A stretch of DNA of 64,000 nucleotides from Pseudomonadota bacterium (GTDB taxonomy: Bacteria > Pseudomonadota > Alphaproteobacteria > Sphingomonadales > Sphingomonadaceae), in NCBI GenBank assembly GCA_021794525.1, contig JAJYQP010000076.1, positions 4,901-68,900 of the forward strand, read 5' to 3'. A model generated the notes under the pieces. That model was not told where the DNA came from. It made no database searches and saw only the letters and a list, made by a program, of their open reading frames with translations. The number at the start of each line of letters is the position of its first letter. The first letter of the stretch is position 1. This document shows positions 51,479 through 62,110 of the stretch, piece after piece. The position numbers were made by a program, and so were the translations under genes.

Positions 51479-53476
51479 GTGAAATCAGCACTTCGCGTCG
51501 CCCGGGCGGTTTCGCTCGGCGCTCTGGCTTTCGCTTCGCTGGCCTCCGCTCAAACCGGGGATGCGGCGCACGACGCTGCCGTTTTTGGCGCTCGCCAGGC
51601 ATTGCTGGACATGAGCCTGTCGCCATCCGGAACCAAGTTCGCCTATGTCGCGCCGCAGGGTTCGGGCGGAGAAGCGCTTTATGTGGTCGATCTGGCGGGT
51701 GACCCCAATCCAAAACGCATCCTCGGCAATTCGGACCAGTCGACCGATCTTGCCGGGTGCACCTGGGTCACCGACGGTCGCTTGATCTGCACCGTCTATC
51801 TGGTGACTGAAGGCAGCGGGGTGTTGCTGGGCTTTACCCGGCTTGTCGTCATCAACGCGGACGGCACGGGACTGCAGTCGCTCACTCGTTCGTCAAGCTC
51901 GCGGGCGCTTTCGCTGAACCAGTATGGTGGCGGGGTCCTGGCCTACGAAATCGCTGGCAAACCTGGCAAAATCCTTATGCAGCGGGCGATTTCGGAGGAA
52001 ACAAGCCTCAATACACGGATTGCGGAGGACGAAGGTGGCCTGTCGGTCGAGGAACTCGACACCGAAACGTTGCGAACCCGCCGAATCGAACAGCCCCAGT
52101 CGGGCGTGATCGATTACATCGCCGACGACTCTGGCACTCTCAGAGTGCGAACGCTGTTACGCACCGGGAATGCTGGAAATATGGGAACCTACCAGACACA
52201 TCAGTATCGCGCGATTGGCTCAGACAAGTGGCTTCCACTCGCGCGGGGTGAGATTGCGCTCCAGTCGCAGTCGGGGTTCGAACCCATGGCCGTCGATTCC
52301 ACCAGCAACCGGGTCCTCGGCTTCGACGACAAGAATGGTCGCCGCGCGCTGTTCGCAATCTCGCTCGACGGATCGCTCACGAGGCAGGAACTACTTGCGA
52401 GGTCCGACGTGGATGTGGACGGATTGCTGCGTTTCGGTCGCCGTGGCCGCGTCATCGGTGTCAGCTACGCCACGGAAAAGCGCCAGGTCGAATACACCGA
52501 CACGGCCCTTGCCAAGCTTTCTGGAGGGCTTGGGGCAGCGCTTCCGGGATCGGCGCAGATCGGCTTCGCGGGCGCAAGTGCGGACGAAGGCAAGCTGCTG
52601 GTGGTTGCGTCGAGCGATATCGACCCGGGGATGACCTATCTCTTCGACAAGAAGTCCGGCAAGCTGGAGGAATTGCTTCCGATCCGCACCGGGTTGAACG
52701 ACCGCACGATGGGCGAGATGAAGCCCATGACCTACAAGGCCGGGGACGGGACGAACATTCCGGCTTATCTCACGCTTCCGCCTGGCAAGGCCAGCCCCCG
52801 CGGCCTTCCCGCGATCGTCATGCCGCATGGCGGGCCCAGTTCGCGCGACGAATGGGGTTTCGACTGGCTGGTGCAGTTTTTCGCCGCGCGCGGTTACGCC
52901 GTACTTCAGCCCAACTATCGCGGATCTTCCGGCTATGGCGAGGCGTGGTTCGGGAAGAACGGGTTCCAGGCCTGGCAGACTGCCATCGGCGACGTGAACG
53001 ATGCCGGCCAATGGCTCAGGAGCCAGGGGGTCGCAGCGGACAAGCTGGCGATAGTTGGCTGGTCATACGGCGGTTACGCCGCCCTGCAATCGCAAGTGCT
53101 GGATCCATCGCTGTTCAAGGCGGTCGTGGCGATCGCGCCGGTGACCGACCTCGAAACCCTGCGCCAGGATGCGCGATATTACACCAGCTTCTCGCTCTAC
53201 GATAAATTCATCGGAAAAGGACCGCACGTCGCAGCGGGAAGTCCGGCGCGCCACGCCGACCGTTTCATGGCGCCGGTGATGCTGATCCACGGAACCAAGG
53301 ACCAGAATGTCGCCGTGCGGCATTCGCGGCTTATGAACGAACGCTTGAAGGATGCGGGCAAGCAGGTCACCTACATCGAATTCGATGGACTGCGTCATTC
53401 GCTGGACGACAGCGCGGCCCGTACGAAGATGCTGACCGATGTGGACGCGTTTCTGAACGCTGCGCTGAAGCGATAG
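51479..53476 (+). CDS. S9 family (prolyl oligopeptidase/dipeptidyl peptidase-like) serine peptidase, secreted
   Basis: Signal peptide, beta-propeller-like N-terminal half, and C-terminal hydrolase with GWSYGGYAAL and HGTKDQNV. GTG start. Confidence 0.88.
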   Translation: MKSALRVARAVSLGALAFASLASAQTGDAAHDAAVFGARQALLDMSLSPSGTKFAYVAPQGSGGEALYVVDLAGDPNPKRILGNSDQSTDLAGCTWVTDGRLICTVYLVTEGSGVLLGFTRLVVINADGTGLQSLTRSSSSRALSLNQYGGGVLAYEIAGKPGKILMQRAISEETSLNTRIAEDEGGLSVEELDTETLRTRRIEQPQSGVIDYIADDSGTLRVRTLLRTGNAGNMGTYQTHQYRAIGSDKWLPLARGEIALQSQSGFEPMAVDSTSNRVLGFDDKNGRRALFAISLDGSLTRQELLARSDVDVDGLLRFGRRGRVIGVSYATEKRQVEYTDTALAKLSGGLGAALPGSAQIGFAGASADEGKLLVVASSDIDPGMTYLFDKKSGKLEELLPIRTGLNDRTMGEMKPMTYKAGDGTNIPAYLTLPPGKASPRGLPAIVMPHGGPSSRDEWGFDWLVQFFAARGYAVLQPNYRGSSGYGEAWFGKNGFQAWQTAIGDVNDAGQWLRSQGVAADKLAIVGWSYGGYAALQSQVLDPSLFKAVVAIAPVTDLETLRQDARYYTSFSLYDKFIGKGPHVAAGSPARHADRFMAPVMLIHGTKDQNVAVRHSRLMNERLKDAGKQVTYIEFDGLRHSLDDSAARTKMLTDVDAFLNAALKR

Positions 53477-53480
53477 GGGA

Positions 53481-54158
53481 TCAGTCCGCGAACCCCACGA
53501 AGCGCGCGGCTTCGACTACGCTCTTGCGTTCGGGAACGACGGCGTTGGCGGGGAAGTCCGGGTCGGGCCACCCCAGCGCCACGGCCTTCATGATCACCTG
53601 ATCGTCGGGAATGCCCACGTGCTCGCGCACGACCGGGCTCTGCATGATGCCCTGGCTGTTGATCACGCAGCCAAGCCCGCGCGACCAGGCGGCGTTGACC
53701 AGCGCGGTGGTGACCGCACCGCAGTCGAAGGCGGTGTCGTCGCTGTCGGCAAGCTCGCGGTCGTAGGTCACGATCACGCAGACCGGCGCGTCGAACTGCC
53801 GGAAGCCGCGCAGCACCCAGTCGTGACGGGCGTCCCTGTCCTCGCGCGCGATGCTCATGGCGGCGAAGAGCTGCTTGGCGACGCCGACCTGCCGCTCGCG
53901 GTGGATGCCGGCGAAGGGCTGGCCGCGGCGGAATTCGCGGCTGTCGGGTTCCCCCGCCATGATACGCTCGGTATTTCCTCGACGAATGCGGTCGAGCGGC
54001 TCGCCGGTGATGACGTGGAAGTGCCAGGGCTGGGTATTCATCGAGGACGGCGCCCGGACAGCCAGGGCCAGCACCTCCTCGATCAGCGCGCGCGGCACCG
54101 GCCTCTCGAGATAGCCGCGGATCGAGCGCCGCCCGAGGATTACGTCGTCGAATTCCAT
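53481..54158 (-). CDS. nitroreductase family protein
   Basis: MEFDDVILGRRSIRGYLERPVPRALIEEVLALAVRAPSSMNTQPWHFHVI. ATG 54158 is preceded by GAGGG. Confidence 0.88.
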   Translation of the reverse strand: MEFDDVILGRRSIRGYLERPVPRALIEEVLALAVRAPSSMNTQPWHFHVITGEPLDRIRRGNTERIMAGEPDSREFRRGQPFAGIHRERQVGVAKQLFAAMSIAREDRDARHDWVLRGFRQFDAPVCVIVTYDRELADSDDTAFDCGAVTTALVNAAWSRGLGCVINSQGIMQSPVVREHVGIPDDQVIMKAVALGWPDPDFPANAVVPERKSVVEAARFVGFAD

Positions 54159-54228
54159 CTGTCCCTCTTTGATCGCTGGCGGGCCTCGTGTGGCGGCTTG
54201 CCGCGCCAGGTACAAGCCGCAAGCGAGG

Positions 54229-54396
54229 TCAGGCGGGGACTTCGCGCAGTTCGAGTACTGTGCCGCGATAGGGGATGAACACGCCTGTGCGATCGAGGAA
54301 CCCGGCGCCGATGGAATTGGCGAAGCGCTGCGCCTGCGCCAGCGAGGGATACCATTTCCCGCTGCGATTGATGGTGCGATAACGATACTGGGTCAC
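54229..54396 (-). CDS. small hypothetical protein (55 aa), not in the supplied ORF track
   Basis: Own translation: V(M)TQYRYRTINRSGKWYPSLAQAQRFANSIGAGFLDRTGVFIPYRGTVLELREVPA*. About 75 percent G/C at third codon positions. It fills an otherwise empty 360-bp gap. The SD is weak. Confidence 0.4.
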   Translation of the reverse strand: MTQYRYRTINRSGKWYPSLAQAQRFANSIGAGFLDRTGVFIPYRGTVLELREVPA

Positions 54397-54466
54397 GACA
54401 CCCGCTCAATCGCGGCGGAGGCGCCGCGTTCCCCGACTGACAAAAATGAATCCCACGATCCCAACG

Positions 54467-54494
54467 AAAAAGGGCAGCCCCGCAGGACCGCCCT
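54467..54494 (-). terminator. rho-independent terminator of rpsD
   Basis: The minus strand reads AGGGCGGUCC-UGCG-GGGCUGCCCU (10 bp including wobbles), followed by UUUUU. Confidence 0.7.
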
Positions 54495-54518
54495 CTTGCG
54501 TGCAGAAAATCCGCCGGA

Positions 54519-55133
54519 TCAGCGCGAGTAGAACTCGACCACCAGGTTCGGCTCCATGGTGACGGGGTAGGGCACCTCGTCGAGCTGCGGAACGCGGGTG
54601 AAGGTGATCTTGTCGGTGCCGTCGGGGGCGACGTAATCGGGGATGTCGCGCTCGGCCAGGCTCTGCGCTTCGATGACCAGCGCCATTTCCTTGGCCTTGC
54701 TGCCGAGGCTGATGACGTCGGAGACGTTCACGCGGCGGCTGGCGATGTTGCACTTCACGCCGTTCACGCGAATGTGGCCGTGCGAAACGAGCTGGCGGGC
54801 GGCGAAGATGGTCGGCGCGAACTTGGCGCGATAGACGACCATGTCGAGCCGGCGTTCGAGCAGGCCGATGAGGTTCTGCGAAGTGTCGCCCTTCATGCGC
54901 GACGCTTCCTGATAAGTGCGCTTGAACTGCTTCTCGGTTACGTCGCCATAGTAGCCCTTGAGCTTCTGTTTGGCGCGCAGCTGCAGGCCGAAGTCGCTCA
55001 TCTTGCCCTTGCGGCGCTGGCCGTGCTGGCCGGGGCCGTAGGAGCGCTTGTTGACCGGGCTGTTGGGGCGACCCCAGATGTTCTCGCCCATCCGGCGGTC
55101 GAGTTTGTACTTGGCGCTTTGGCGCTTCGACAT
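54519..55133 (-). CDS. rpsD: 30S ribosomal protein S4
   Basis: [63 protein letters not shown], 204 aa. Confidence 0.97.
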   Translation of the reverse strand: MSKRQSAKYKLDRRMGENIWGRPNSPVNKRSYGPGQHGQRRKGKMSDFGLQLRAKQKLKGYYGDVTEKQFKRTYQEASRMKGDTSQNLIGLLERRLDMVVYRAKFAPTIFAARQLVSHGHIRVNGVKCNIASRRVNVSDVISLGSKAKEMALVIEAQSLAERDIPDYVAPDGTDKITFTRVPQLDEVPYPVTMEPNLVVEFYSR

Positions 55134-55334
55134 GATGTTGTCCTTCGATTTGCTTGAACCGCCCCACTGGCGGCCATTGAACCCGGCATCGCCCGCCCGG
55201 CCTGCTGCCGGACGCGATCGCCGCTTCACCGGGGTGCGGGATCAAATGCGAGGCGCGCGCATAGCAGCGTGCGCGCCGAATGCAAGCGGTTTGACCCCTC
55301 GACAGCGCGGCGACGGGCGGGCAGGGCACGGCCC

Positions 55335-55664
55335 ATGACCGACTACAAGACGACCGACTGCCTCCTACCCGATGATTGCAAAACCATGGCCGAAGTGCGC
55401 GCCGGCGTCGATGCGACCGACCGGGCGCTGATGGACCTCCTCGATCGCCGCTTCGGCTACATGCGCGCCGCCGCCCGGATCAAGACCGATCGCGGCACGG
55501 TGCGCGACGAGGTGCGCAAGGCGCAAGTGATCGCCAATGCGCGGGCGGACGCCGAGGTGCGTCAGCTTCCCGCGGGTGAGCTGGCGGCGATCTGGGATCG
55601 GCTGGTGGAAGTCTCGATTGCTTATGAGCTGGACGAGTGGGACACCCGCGACCGAACCAAGTGA
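55335..55664 (+). CDS. chorismate mutase (AroQ class, small monofunctional or PchB-like)
   Basis: MAEVRAGVDATDRALMDLLDRRFGYMRAAARIK...VRDEVRKAQV is typical of the AroQ helix 1 and 2 pattern. The start (55335 or the internal ATG) is uncertain. Confidence 0.65.
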   Translation: MTDYKTTDCLLPDDCKTMAEVRAGVDATDRALMDLLDRRFGYMRAAARIKTDRGTVRDEVRKAQVIANARADAEVRQLPAGELAAIWDRLVEVSIAYELDEWDTRDRTK

Positions 55665-55672
55665 CAGAGGAT

Positions 55673-55966
55673 TTAGTTTGGCTGGCGGCGGAACATTCCC
55701 GTGCGCTGGCTTTCGCGCGCTGCGTCCTTCGCGGCCTCCTGTTGTTTGTGCCAGGCAAGATTCGTCTGACACACACGCTTGCCACCGGCGAGGCGTGAGC
55801 CCAACGGTGGATCGACCCGCTTGCAAACCACCGTGTCAGGGTCCTTCACAGCCGGATCGTCGGCGGGGGCGAGGCGTGCGGGTGCATCCTGCGCGACCGC
55901 CGCGGCGGGGATCCCGATCAGCGCAATTGACGCGAAGGCGAGACAGAAGCTGGTCGAGATTTTCAT
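55673..55966 (-). CDS. small secreted hypothetical protein
   Basis: Signal peptide MKISTSFCLAFASIALIGIPAAAVAQ, then a VCKRVDPPLGSRLAGGKRVCQTNLAW two-Cys motif seen in small periplasmic proteins of sphingomonads. Confidence 0.6.
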   Translation of the reverse strand: MKISTSFCLAFASIALIGIPAAAVAQDAPARLAPADDPAVKDPDTVVCKRVDPPLGSRLAGGKRVCQTNLAWHKQQEAAKDAARESQRTGMFRRQPN

Positions 55967-56025
55967 CGCCGAGACCCTTATGCAGTGAATAGCTGGGATT
56001 TTTATACCATGTGCAGGGCCGCGAT

Positions 56026-56787
56026 TCAAGATTGCTCCTGGTCGATCGGTAGCACAACAGGTGGCGGGGCGGGGCGCTCCAGCGCACTCAACACGCCGCG
56101 AAAGGTCCGGATTTCGAGATGATTCCAGCCCGGCTTGGTGAGCATTGTGCGCAGCGTGAGCCTGGTCGCCTCGCGTCGGCTTTCAGGCAGGAAGTATCCC
56201 CTGGGCTCGAGCAGCCGGGTAAAATGGTCGATCAGGCCTTCCAGCTCGGCCTGGGGGGCGGGGGGTAGCAATTCTTCCTCCGGCGGGCTCGCCAGCGCTT
56301 CGCCCTTCGACCACTCGTAGGCGACCAGGATCACCGCCTGGGCGAGGTTTAGCGAACCGAACTCGGGATTGATCGGCACGGTCAGGATCGCGCGGGCGAG
56401 CGCGACGTCGCTGGTCTCAAGCCCCGAACGTTCCGGGCCGAACAGGATCGCCGAGCGGCCGGGGCGACTGCGGATTTCCTCCGCGGCTGCGTCCGGGCGG
56501 ACCACGGGCTTCGTCACCCCGCGTTTGCGGACCGTGGTCGCATAGACATTCGTGCAGTCGGCGACTGCCTCGGCCGTCGTGGCGAAGACCCGCGCCCGTT
56601 CCAGCACCACGTCCGCGCCCGAGGCGGCGGGGCCGGCAGAGGGATTGGGCCAGCCGTCGCGCGGCTCGACCAGCCGCATTTCGGTCAGCCCGAAGTTGAG
56701 CATAGCCCGCGCCGCCTTGCCGATGTTCTCGCCCAGCTGGGGCCGGACGAGGACGATGACGGGTTTCTCAGTCACCTTTCGCCGCAT
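56026..56787 (-). CDS. TrmH/SpoU family RNA 2'-O-methyltransferase (TrmJ-like)
   Basis: [26 protein letters not shown]...[10 protein letters not shown]...[12 protein letters not shown]. The start (ATG 56787 or GTG 56775) overlaps the nrdR 3' end. Confidence 0.82.
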   Translation of the reverse strand: MRRKVTEKPVIVLVRPQLGENIGKAARAMLNFGLTEMRLVEPRDGWPNPSAGPAASGADVVLERARVFATTAEAVADCTNVYATTVRKRGVTKPVVRPDAAAEEIRSRPGRSAILFGPERSGLETSDVALARAILTVPINPEFGSLNLAQAVILVAYEWSKGEALASPPEEELLPPAPQAELEGLIDHFTRLLEPRGYFLPESRREATRLTLRTMLTKPGWNHLEIRTFRGVLSALERPAPPPVVLPIDQEQS

Positions 56788-57232
56788 CCTGCACGGCGCT
56801 GGCGAATTCCTCGAAATCGCGGGCTTCGGAGAAGTCCCGATAGACGCTGGCAAAGCGGATGTAGGCGACAGGATCGATCTGGCGCAGCCCTTCCATCACC
56901 AGTTCGCCGATGCGATGGCTGGTCACCTCGCCCTCGCCTGCGGTTTCGACCTGGCGCTGAATGCCGCTGACGAGCTGGTCGATGCGTTCGCTCGCGACGC
57001 CGCGCTTGCGGCAGGCGAGAGCGAGCGAGCGTTCCAGCTTTCCGCGGTCGAACGGCTCGCGCTTGCCGTCGGACTTGACCACTGTGACTTCGCGCAGCTG
57101 GACGCGCTCGAAGGTGGTGAACCGCGCGCCGCACTGCCCGCACTGGCGGCGGCGGCGAATCGCGGCGCTGTCTTCGGTGGGGCGGCTGTCCTTGACCTGG
57201 GTGTCGTCAAAGGCGCAAAACGGGCAACGCAT
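56768..57232 (-). CDS. nrdR: transcriptional repressor NrdR
   Basis: [42 protein letters not shown] shows a zinc ribbon followed by an ATP-cone. Confidence 0.96.
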   Translation of the reverse strand: MRCPFCAFDDTQVKDSRPTEDSAAIRRRRQCGQCGARFTTFERVQLREVTVVKSDGKREPFDRGKLERSLALACRKRGVASERIDQLVSGIQRQVETAGEGEVTSHRIGELVMEGLRQIDPVAYIRFASVYRDFSEARDFEEFASAVQDAAKGD

Positions 57233-57240
57233 TCAGGGGG

Positions 57241-57459
57241 TTATTTCTTAATCCTGTTGTAGAATGCGAAGCCCGCGCCGACCAGCGCACCGATCGGCAG
57301 GCTGATCACGGGCAGCAGGGCCCCGGCCAAGGCACCGATCGCCGCGCCGGCCAGGACCGGCTTGGTTGAAGGATGCTCGAGCCCGCCCTTGGCCATTCCC
57401 GAAATCTCGGTCTTCGCGTTCTCGACCCAGTCGTTTCCACGGGGATTGCGTTCGTCCAT
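57241..57459 (-). CDS. small glycine-zipper membrane protein (hypothetical)
   Basis: MDERNPRGNDWVENAKTEISGMAKGG...VLAGAAIGALAGALLPVISLPIGALVGAGFAFY. ATG 57459 lies just downstream of the glyA stop. Confidence 0.55.
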   Translation of the reverse strand: MDERNPRGNDWVENAKTEISGMAKGGLEHPSTKPVLAGAAIGALAGALLPVISLPIGALVGAGFAFYNRIKK

Positions 57460-57470
57460 CGTACCGTTTC

Positions 57471-58798
57471 CTACATGCCCGGATAGACCGGGAACCTTTC
57501 GCACAGCGCACCGACCCGGCTGCGTACGCTTTCCTCCACCTGTGCGTCGCCCTCGGCGCCGTTGCGGGCAAGGCCGTCTACCACCTCGGCAATCAGCTTG
57601 CCGATGGCGCGAAACTCCGCCGCGCCGAAGCCGCGCGTGGTGCCAGCGGGCGTGCCGAGGCGGATACCGCTGGTCACGAAGGGGCTGCGGGTGTCATAGG
57701 GGATGCCGTTCTTGTTGCAGGTGAGATAGGCCCGGTCGAGGCCCTTTTCCGCATCCTTGCCGGTCACGTCTTTCGCCGACAGATCCACCAGCATCGAGTG
57801 GTTGTCCGTTCCGCCCGAGACGACCCGAAGCCCGTGCTCCTCGAGGCTGGCGGCGAGCGCGCGGGCGTTTTCGACAACGCGGTGCGCGTAGAGCTTGAAC
57901 TCGGGCCGCAGCGCCTCGCGGAAGGCGACTGCCTTGGCCGCCACGATGTGCATCAGCGGGCCGCCCTGCAGGCCGGGAAACACCGCCATGTTGAACGGCT
58001 TCGACAGCGCCTCGTCGTTCCACAGGATCACGCCGGAGCGCGGACCGCGCAGGGACTTGTGCGTCGTGGTGGTGACGACATGGGCGTGCGGGATGGGCGA
58101 GGGATGCGCGCCCCCGGCGACGAGGCCCGAGATGTGGCTCATGTCGACCATCAGATAGGCGCCGATCTCGTCCGCAATGGCGCGGAAGGCTTCCCAGTCC
58201 CAGACCCGCGAATAGGCGGTCCCGCCGGCGATGATAAGCCCGGGCTTGTGCTCCAGCGCGGTCGCGCGAACCGCGTCCATGTCGATCCGCTCATCCTCGC
58301 GCCGCACGCCATAGCTGACCGGATTGAACCACTTGCCGCTCATGTTGACGGGGCTGCCGTGGGTGAGGTGCCCGCCCGAATTGAGGTCAAGCCCCATGAA
58401 GGTGTCGCCGGGATTGAGCAGCGCCAGGAACACCGCCTGGTTCATCTGGCTGCCGCTGTTCGGCTGCACGTTGGCGAACTGGCAGCCAAACAGTTGCTTC
58501 GCGCGCTCTATGGCGAGGGTTTCGACCACGTCGGCATATTCGCAGCCGCCGTAATACCGCTTGCCCGGATAGCCTTCTGCGTATTTGTTGGTGAAGACGC
58601 TGCCCGCCGCTTCCAGCACCGCGCGGCTGGCGATGTTCTCGGAGGCGATCAGCTCGATCTTGTCCTGCTGGCGCTTCAACTCCTTGCGGACGGCGGAATA
58701 GACCTCCGGGTCCGCCTGCTCCAGCGTGTCGTTCCAGAAGCCGTCGGAAACTGGGGCGGGCGCGGTGTCGTTTGCGGCCTGCGAGGTGAACGGGGCGG

Positions 58799-58802
<4 letters not shown>
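57471..58802 (-). CDS. glyA: serine hydroxymethyltransferase
   Basis: [11 protein letters not shown]...[40 protein letters not shown]...[12 protein letters not shown]. The ATG overlaps the rpiB stop (ATGA). The longer track ORF was rejected. Confidence 0.96.
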
Positions 58803-59263
<461 letters not shown>

Positions 59264-59276
59264 GAAGGCCACATAG

Positions 59277-60207
59277 GAGCCGAAGACGATTCGTGCGACC
59301 CCCCGGCTGTCGCTTTTCAGCCGAGCCCGTCCACCGGTCACTAGGTGGTCTGCAGCAGCACCCGATTGGCGGCTACCAAGTGTCAGACTCGCGCGCTTTC
59401 CAGACGCGAAGCTTCGCCCACCCAATCTCTGGTTCGACGCGGCCGCTGAGGTGGGATGTGGCGTCGATCTCGAAATGCTCGCGATAACCCGCGCGCCCGA
59501 ATACGCACCGAACTTCCCGGCAGGCCTGTACATGTCGATCAACGCTTCCCCGGCGACGGTCTTGTCAGGTCGGCTGGAGGCGGCACTCGATGGCGCCACG
59601 GCCGATCGCGTGGTAATCGAGCTTACCGAGCATGAAGCCGTCTCCGATTTCGCTCAACTGGGCAAGGCTTTGGCGCGGCTGAGAAACCGCGCCCGGAATC
59701 GCAATAGACGATGTCGGTGCGGGCCCCTCCGGATTGCGCCACATCCTCGATCTCGCGCCGGACGTTCTGAAGCTCGACATGTCGCTCATCCGCGAGATCC
59801 ACGCATATCAGGCGCGCCGGGCGATGGCGGCGGCCATCGTCAGCTACGGCGACGAGATAGGGTGCAAGGTCCTGGCCGAGGACATCGAATGCGAAGCCGA
59901 ACGGCGTGTGCTGACGGAGCTCGGCGTGCATTACGGGCAGGGCTATCTCTTTGGGCGCCCTGAGCCGGCCACCGCGGACTTTGCCAGCCTGAACTATCGC
60001 CGAAAACTTGATCTACTGATCGAGGAAGCTGCGCATCTTGCGGCTGCGGCTCGGGTGCTTGAGCTTCCTCAGCGCCTTCGCCTCGATCTGGCGGATGCGC
60101 TCTCGGGTCACGCTGAACTGCTGGCCGACTTCCTCGAGCGTGTGGTCGGTGTTCATGCCGATGCCGAAGCGCATCCGCAGCACACGCTCCTCGCGCGGGG
60201 TCAGTGA
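59277..60207 (+). pseudogene. EAL-domain (c-di-GMP phosphodiesterase-like) gene, frameshifted
   Basis: One frame reads ...LARFPDAKLRPPNLWFDAAAEVG..LYMSINASP..VVIELTEHEAVSDFAQLGKALARLR. After about 59690 the +1 frame reads PGIAIDDVGAGPSGLRHILDLAPDVLKLDMSLIREI..VLAEDIE..GQGYLFGRP. A TGA blocks the second frame just upstream of the junction. The N-terminal YQP region is also out of frame, and the ORF tail runs antisense into rpoD. Confidence 0.65.
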
Positions 60208-62067
60208 TGCAAGAACGCGGGTAACCGTTTCCTTGAGATTGACCTGGATCGCAGCATCGACCGGGATCACCGCATTGGTGTCGGGGATGAAATCGCCGAG
60301 GTGGCTGTCTTCCTCGTCACCGATCGGGGTTTCGAGGCTGATCGGCTCCTTGGCGATCTTCATCACCTTGCGGACCTTGTCGAGCGGCATCGACAGGCGC
60401 TGCGCCATTTCCTCGGGTGTCGGCTCGCGGCCTTCCTCGTGCAGGAATTGGCGGCTGGTGCGGACCAGCTTGTTGATCGTCTCGATCATGTGGACCGGGA
60501 TGCGGATGGTGCGCGCTTGGTCGGCGATCGAGCGGGTGATCGCCTGGCGGATCCACCACGTCGCATAGGTGCTGAACTTGTAGCCGCGGCGGTATTCGAA
60601 CTTGTCGACCGCCTTCATCAGGCCGATGTTGCCTTCCTGGATCAGGTCGAGGAACTGCAGCCCGCGGTTGGTGTATTTCTTGGCGATGGAGATAACGAGA
60701 CGCAGGTTCGCCTCGACCATTTCCTTCTTGGCGATCCGCGCCTCGCGCTCGCCCTTCTGGACCATGTTCACGATGCGGCGGAACTCGGGCAGGCTCATGC
60801 CGGTCTGGCTGGCGATGTCGCTGATCTCGACGCGGATGCGCTCGATGGCGTCGACTTCCTTCTCGGCGAAGGCGGCCCACTTCTTGTCCTTGCCGGCGCG
60901 GTCGGTCAGCCAGTTCTCGTCGAGCTCGTTGCCGATATAGGCGTCGAGGAACTCGGACCGCTTGACCTTGTGCCGCTCTGCAAGGCGCAGCATCTGGCCG
61001 CCGAGCGCGGTGAGGCGACGGTTGAAGGCATAAAGATTGTCGACCAGGAATTCGATCTTGGTCGCGTGGAACTGCACGCTCTCCACCTCGGCGGTGAGCT
61101 GTTCGCGCAGCGCCTCGTACTTCTTTTCCTTGGCGGCGGGATACGTCTCGCCGCGACCAAGGACATCGACGCGCTCGGCCTGCTGCTTCTCGAACTTCTG
61201 GAAGTAGTCGGTGATGCGAGCAAAACGCTCCAGCGCTTCCGGCTTCAGCGCGGCTTCCATCTGGGCGAGGGACATGGTGTTGTCTTCCTCGTCCTCTTCC
61301 TCCCGTCGGCGGCTGGAGGTGCCTTCGCCGTCGTCGTCGTCATCCGACTGCTCGGGCTCTTCCTCGACCTCCTCTTCCTCGCGGATCGACGGGCCGGCTG
61401 TGGCTTCGGAAATCTCGCCGTCGTCCTCGTCCTCCGCATCGTCGGTCATCTTGTCGGCCGGGGGCTCCTTCGACAGCATCGCGTCGAGGTCGAGGATCTC
61501 GCGCAGCTGCATTTCGCCTGCGTTCAGCGCGTCGGACCACTGGATGATGGCGTGGAAGGTGATCGGGCTTTCGCACAGGCCCATGATCATCATGTCGCGG
61601 CCCGCCTCGATGCGCTTGGCGATGGCGATCTCGCCCTCGCGGCTGAGCAGTTCGACCGCGCCCATCTCGCGCAGGTACATGCGCACCGGGTCGTCAGTGC
61701 GTTCGCCCGCCGCCAGCTTGCGGGTGACATTGGTGGTGGGCTTTCGTTCCGAGCCGCCGGTATCGTCATCCCCATCGTCGGAAGCGACTTCATCGACCTC
61801 GTCCTCGCGCTCGCCGTCTCCTTCGGCCTCGCCTTCCTCGTCGCTTTCGACGATCTGGACGCCCATGTCGGACAGCGCGGACTGGATATCCTCGATCTGA
61901 TCGGAGCTCATCTCGCCCTGCGGCAGCGCGGCGTTCAGCTCGTCATAGGTTACGTAGCCGCGCTTCTTCGCCTTCGCGATCAGCTTCTTGATGTCGGCAT
62001 CGTTCAGTTCGATCAGCGGGGCGTCCTCGTCCTTGCCGTCCGCCGCAGCGTTTTTCATCGAAGCCAT
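60013..62067 (-). CDS. rpoD: RNA polymerase primary sigma factor (sigma70)
   Basis: Has an acidic spacer and regions 2-4 ([52 protein letters not shown]). Start is ATG 62067, with TTG 62076 or ATG 62058 as alternatives. Confidence 0.97.
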   Translation of the reverse strand: MASMKNAAADGKDEDAPLIELNDADIKKLIAKAKKRGYVTYDELNAALPQGEMSSDQIEDIQSALSDMGVQIVESDEEGEAEGDGEREDEVDEVASDDGDDDTGGSERKPTTNVTRKLAAGERTDDPVRMYLREMGAVELLSREGEIAIAKRIEAGRDMMIMGLCESPITFHAIIQWSDALNAGEMQLREILDLDAMLSKEPPADKMTDDAEDEDDGEISEATAGPSIREEEEVEEEPEQSDDDDDGEGTSSRRREEEDEEDNTMSLAQMEAALKPEALERFARITDYFQKFEKQQAERVDVLGRGETYPAAKEKKYEALREQLTAEVESVQFHATKIEFLVDNLYAFNRRLTALGGQMLRLAERHKVKRSEFLDAYIGNELDENWLTDRAGKDKKWAAFAEKEVDAIERIRVEISDIASQTGMSLPEFRRIVNMVQKGEREARIAKKEMVEANLRLVISIAKKYTNRGLQFLDLIQEGNIGLMKAVDKFEYRRGYKFSTYATWWIRQAITRSIADQARTIRIPVHMIETINKLVRTSRQFLHEEGREPTPEEMAQRLSMPLDKVRKVMKIAKEPISLETPIGDEEDSHLGDFIPDTNAVIPVDAAIQVNLKETVTRVLASLTPREERVLRMRFGIGMNTDHTLEEVGQQFSVTRERIRQIEAKALRKLKHPSRSRKMRSFLDQ

Positions 62068-62110
62068 AATCGTCAAATCCGTTTGCGCACCCTGCCGTCC
62101 GTCGGCGAGG

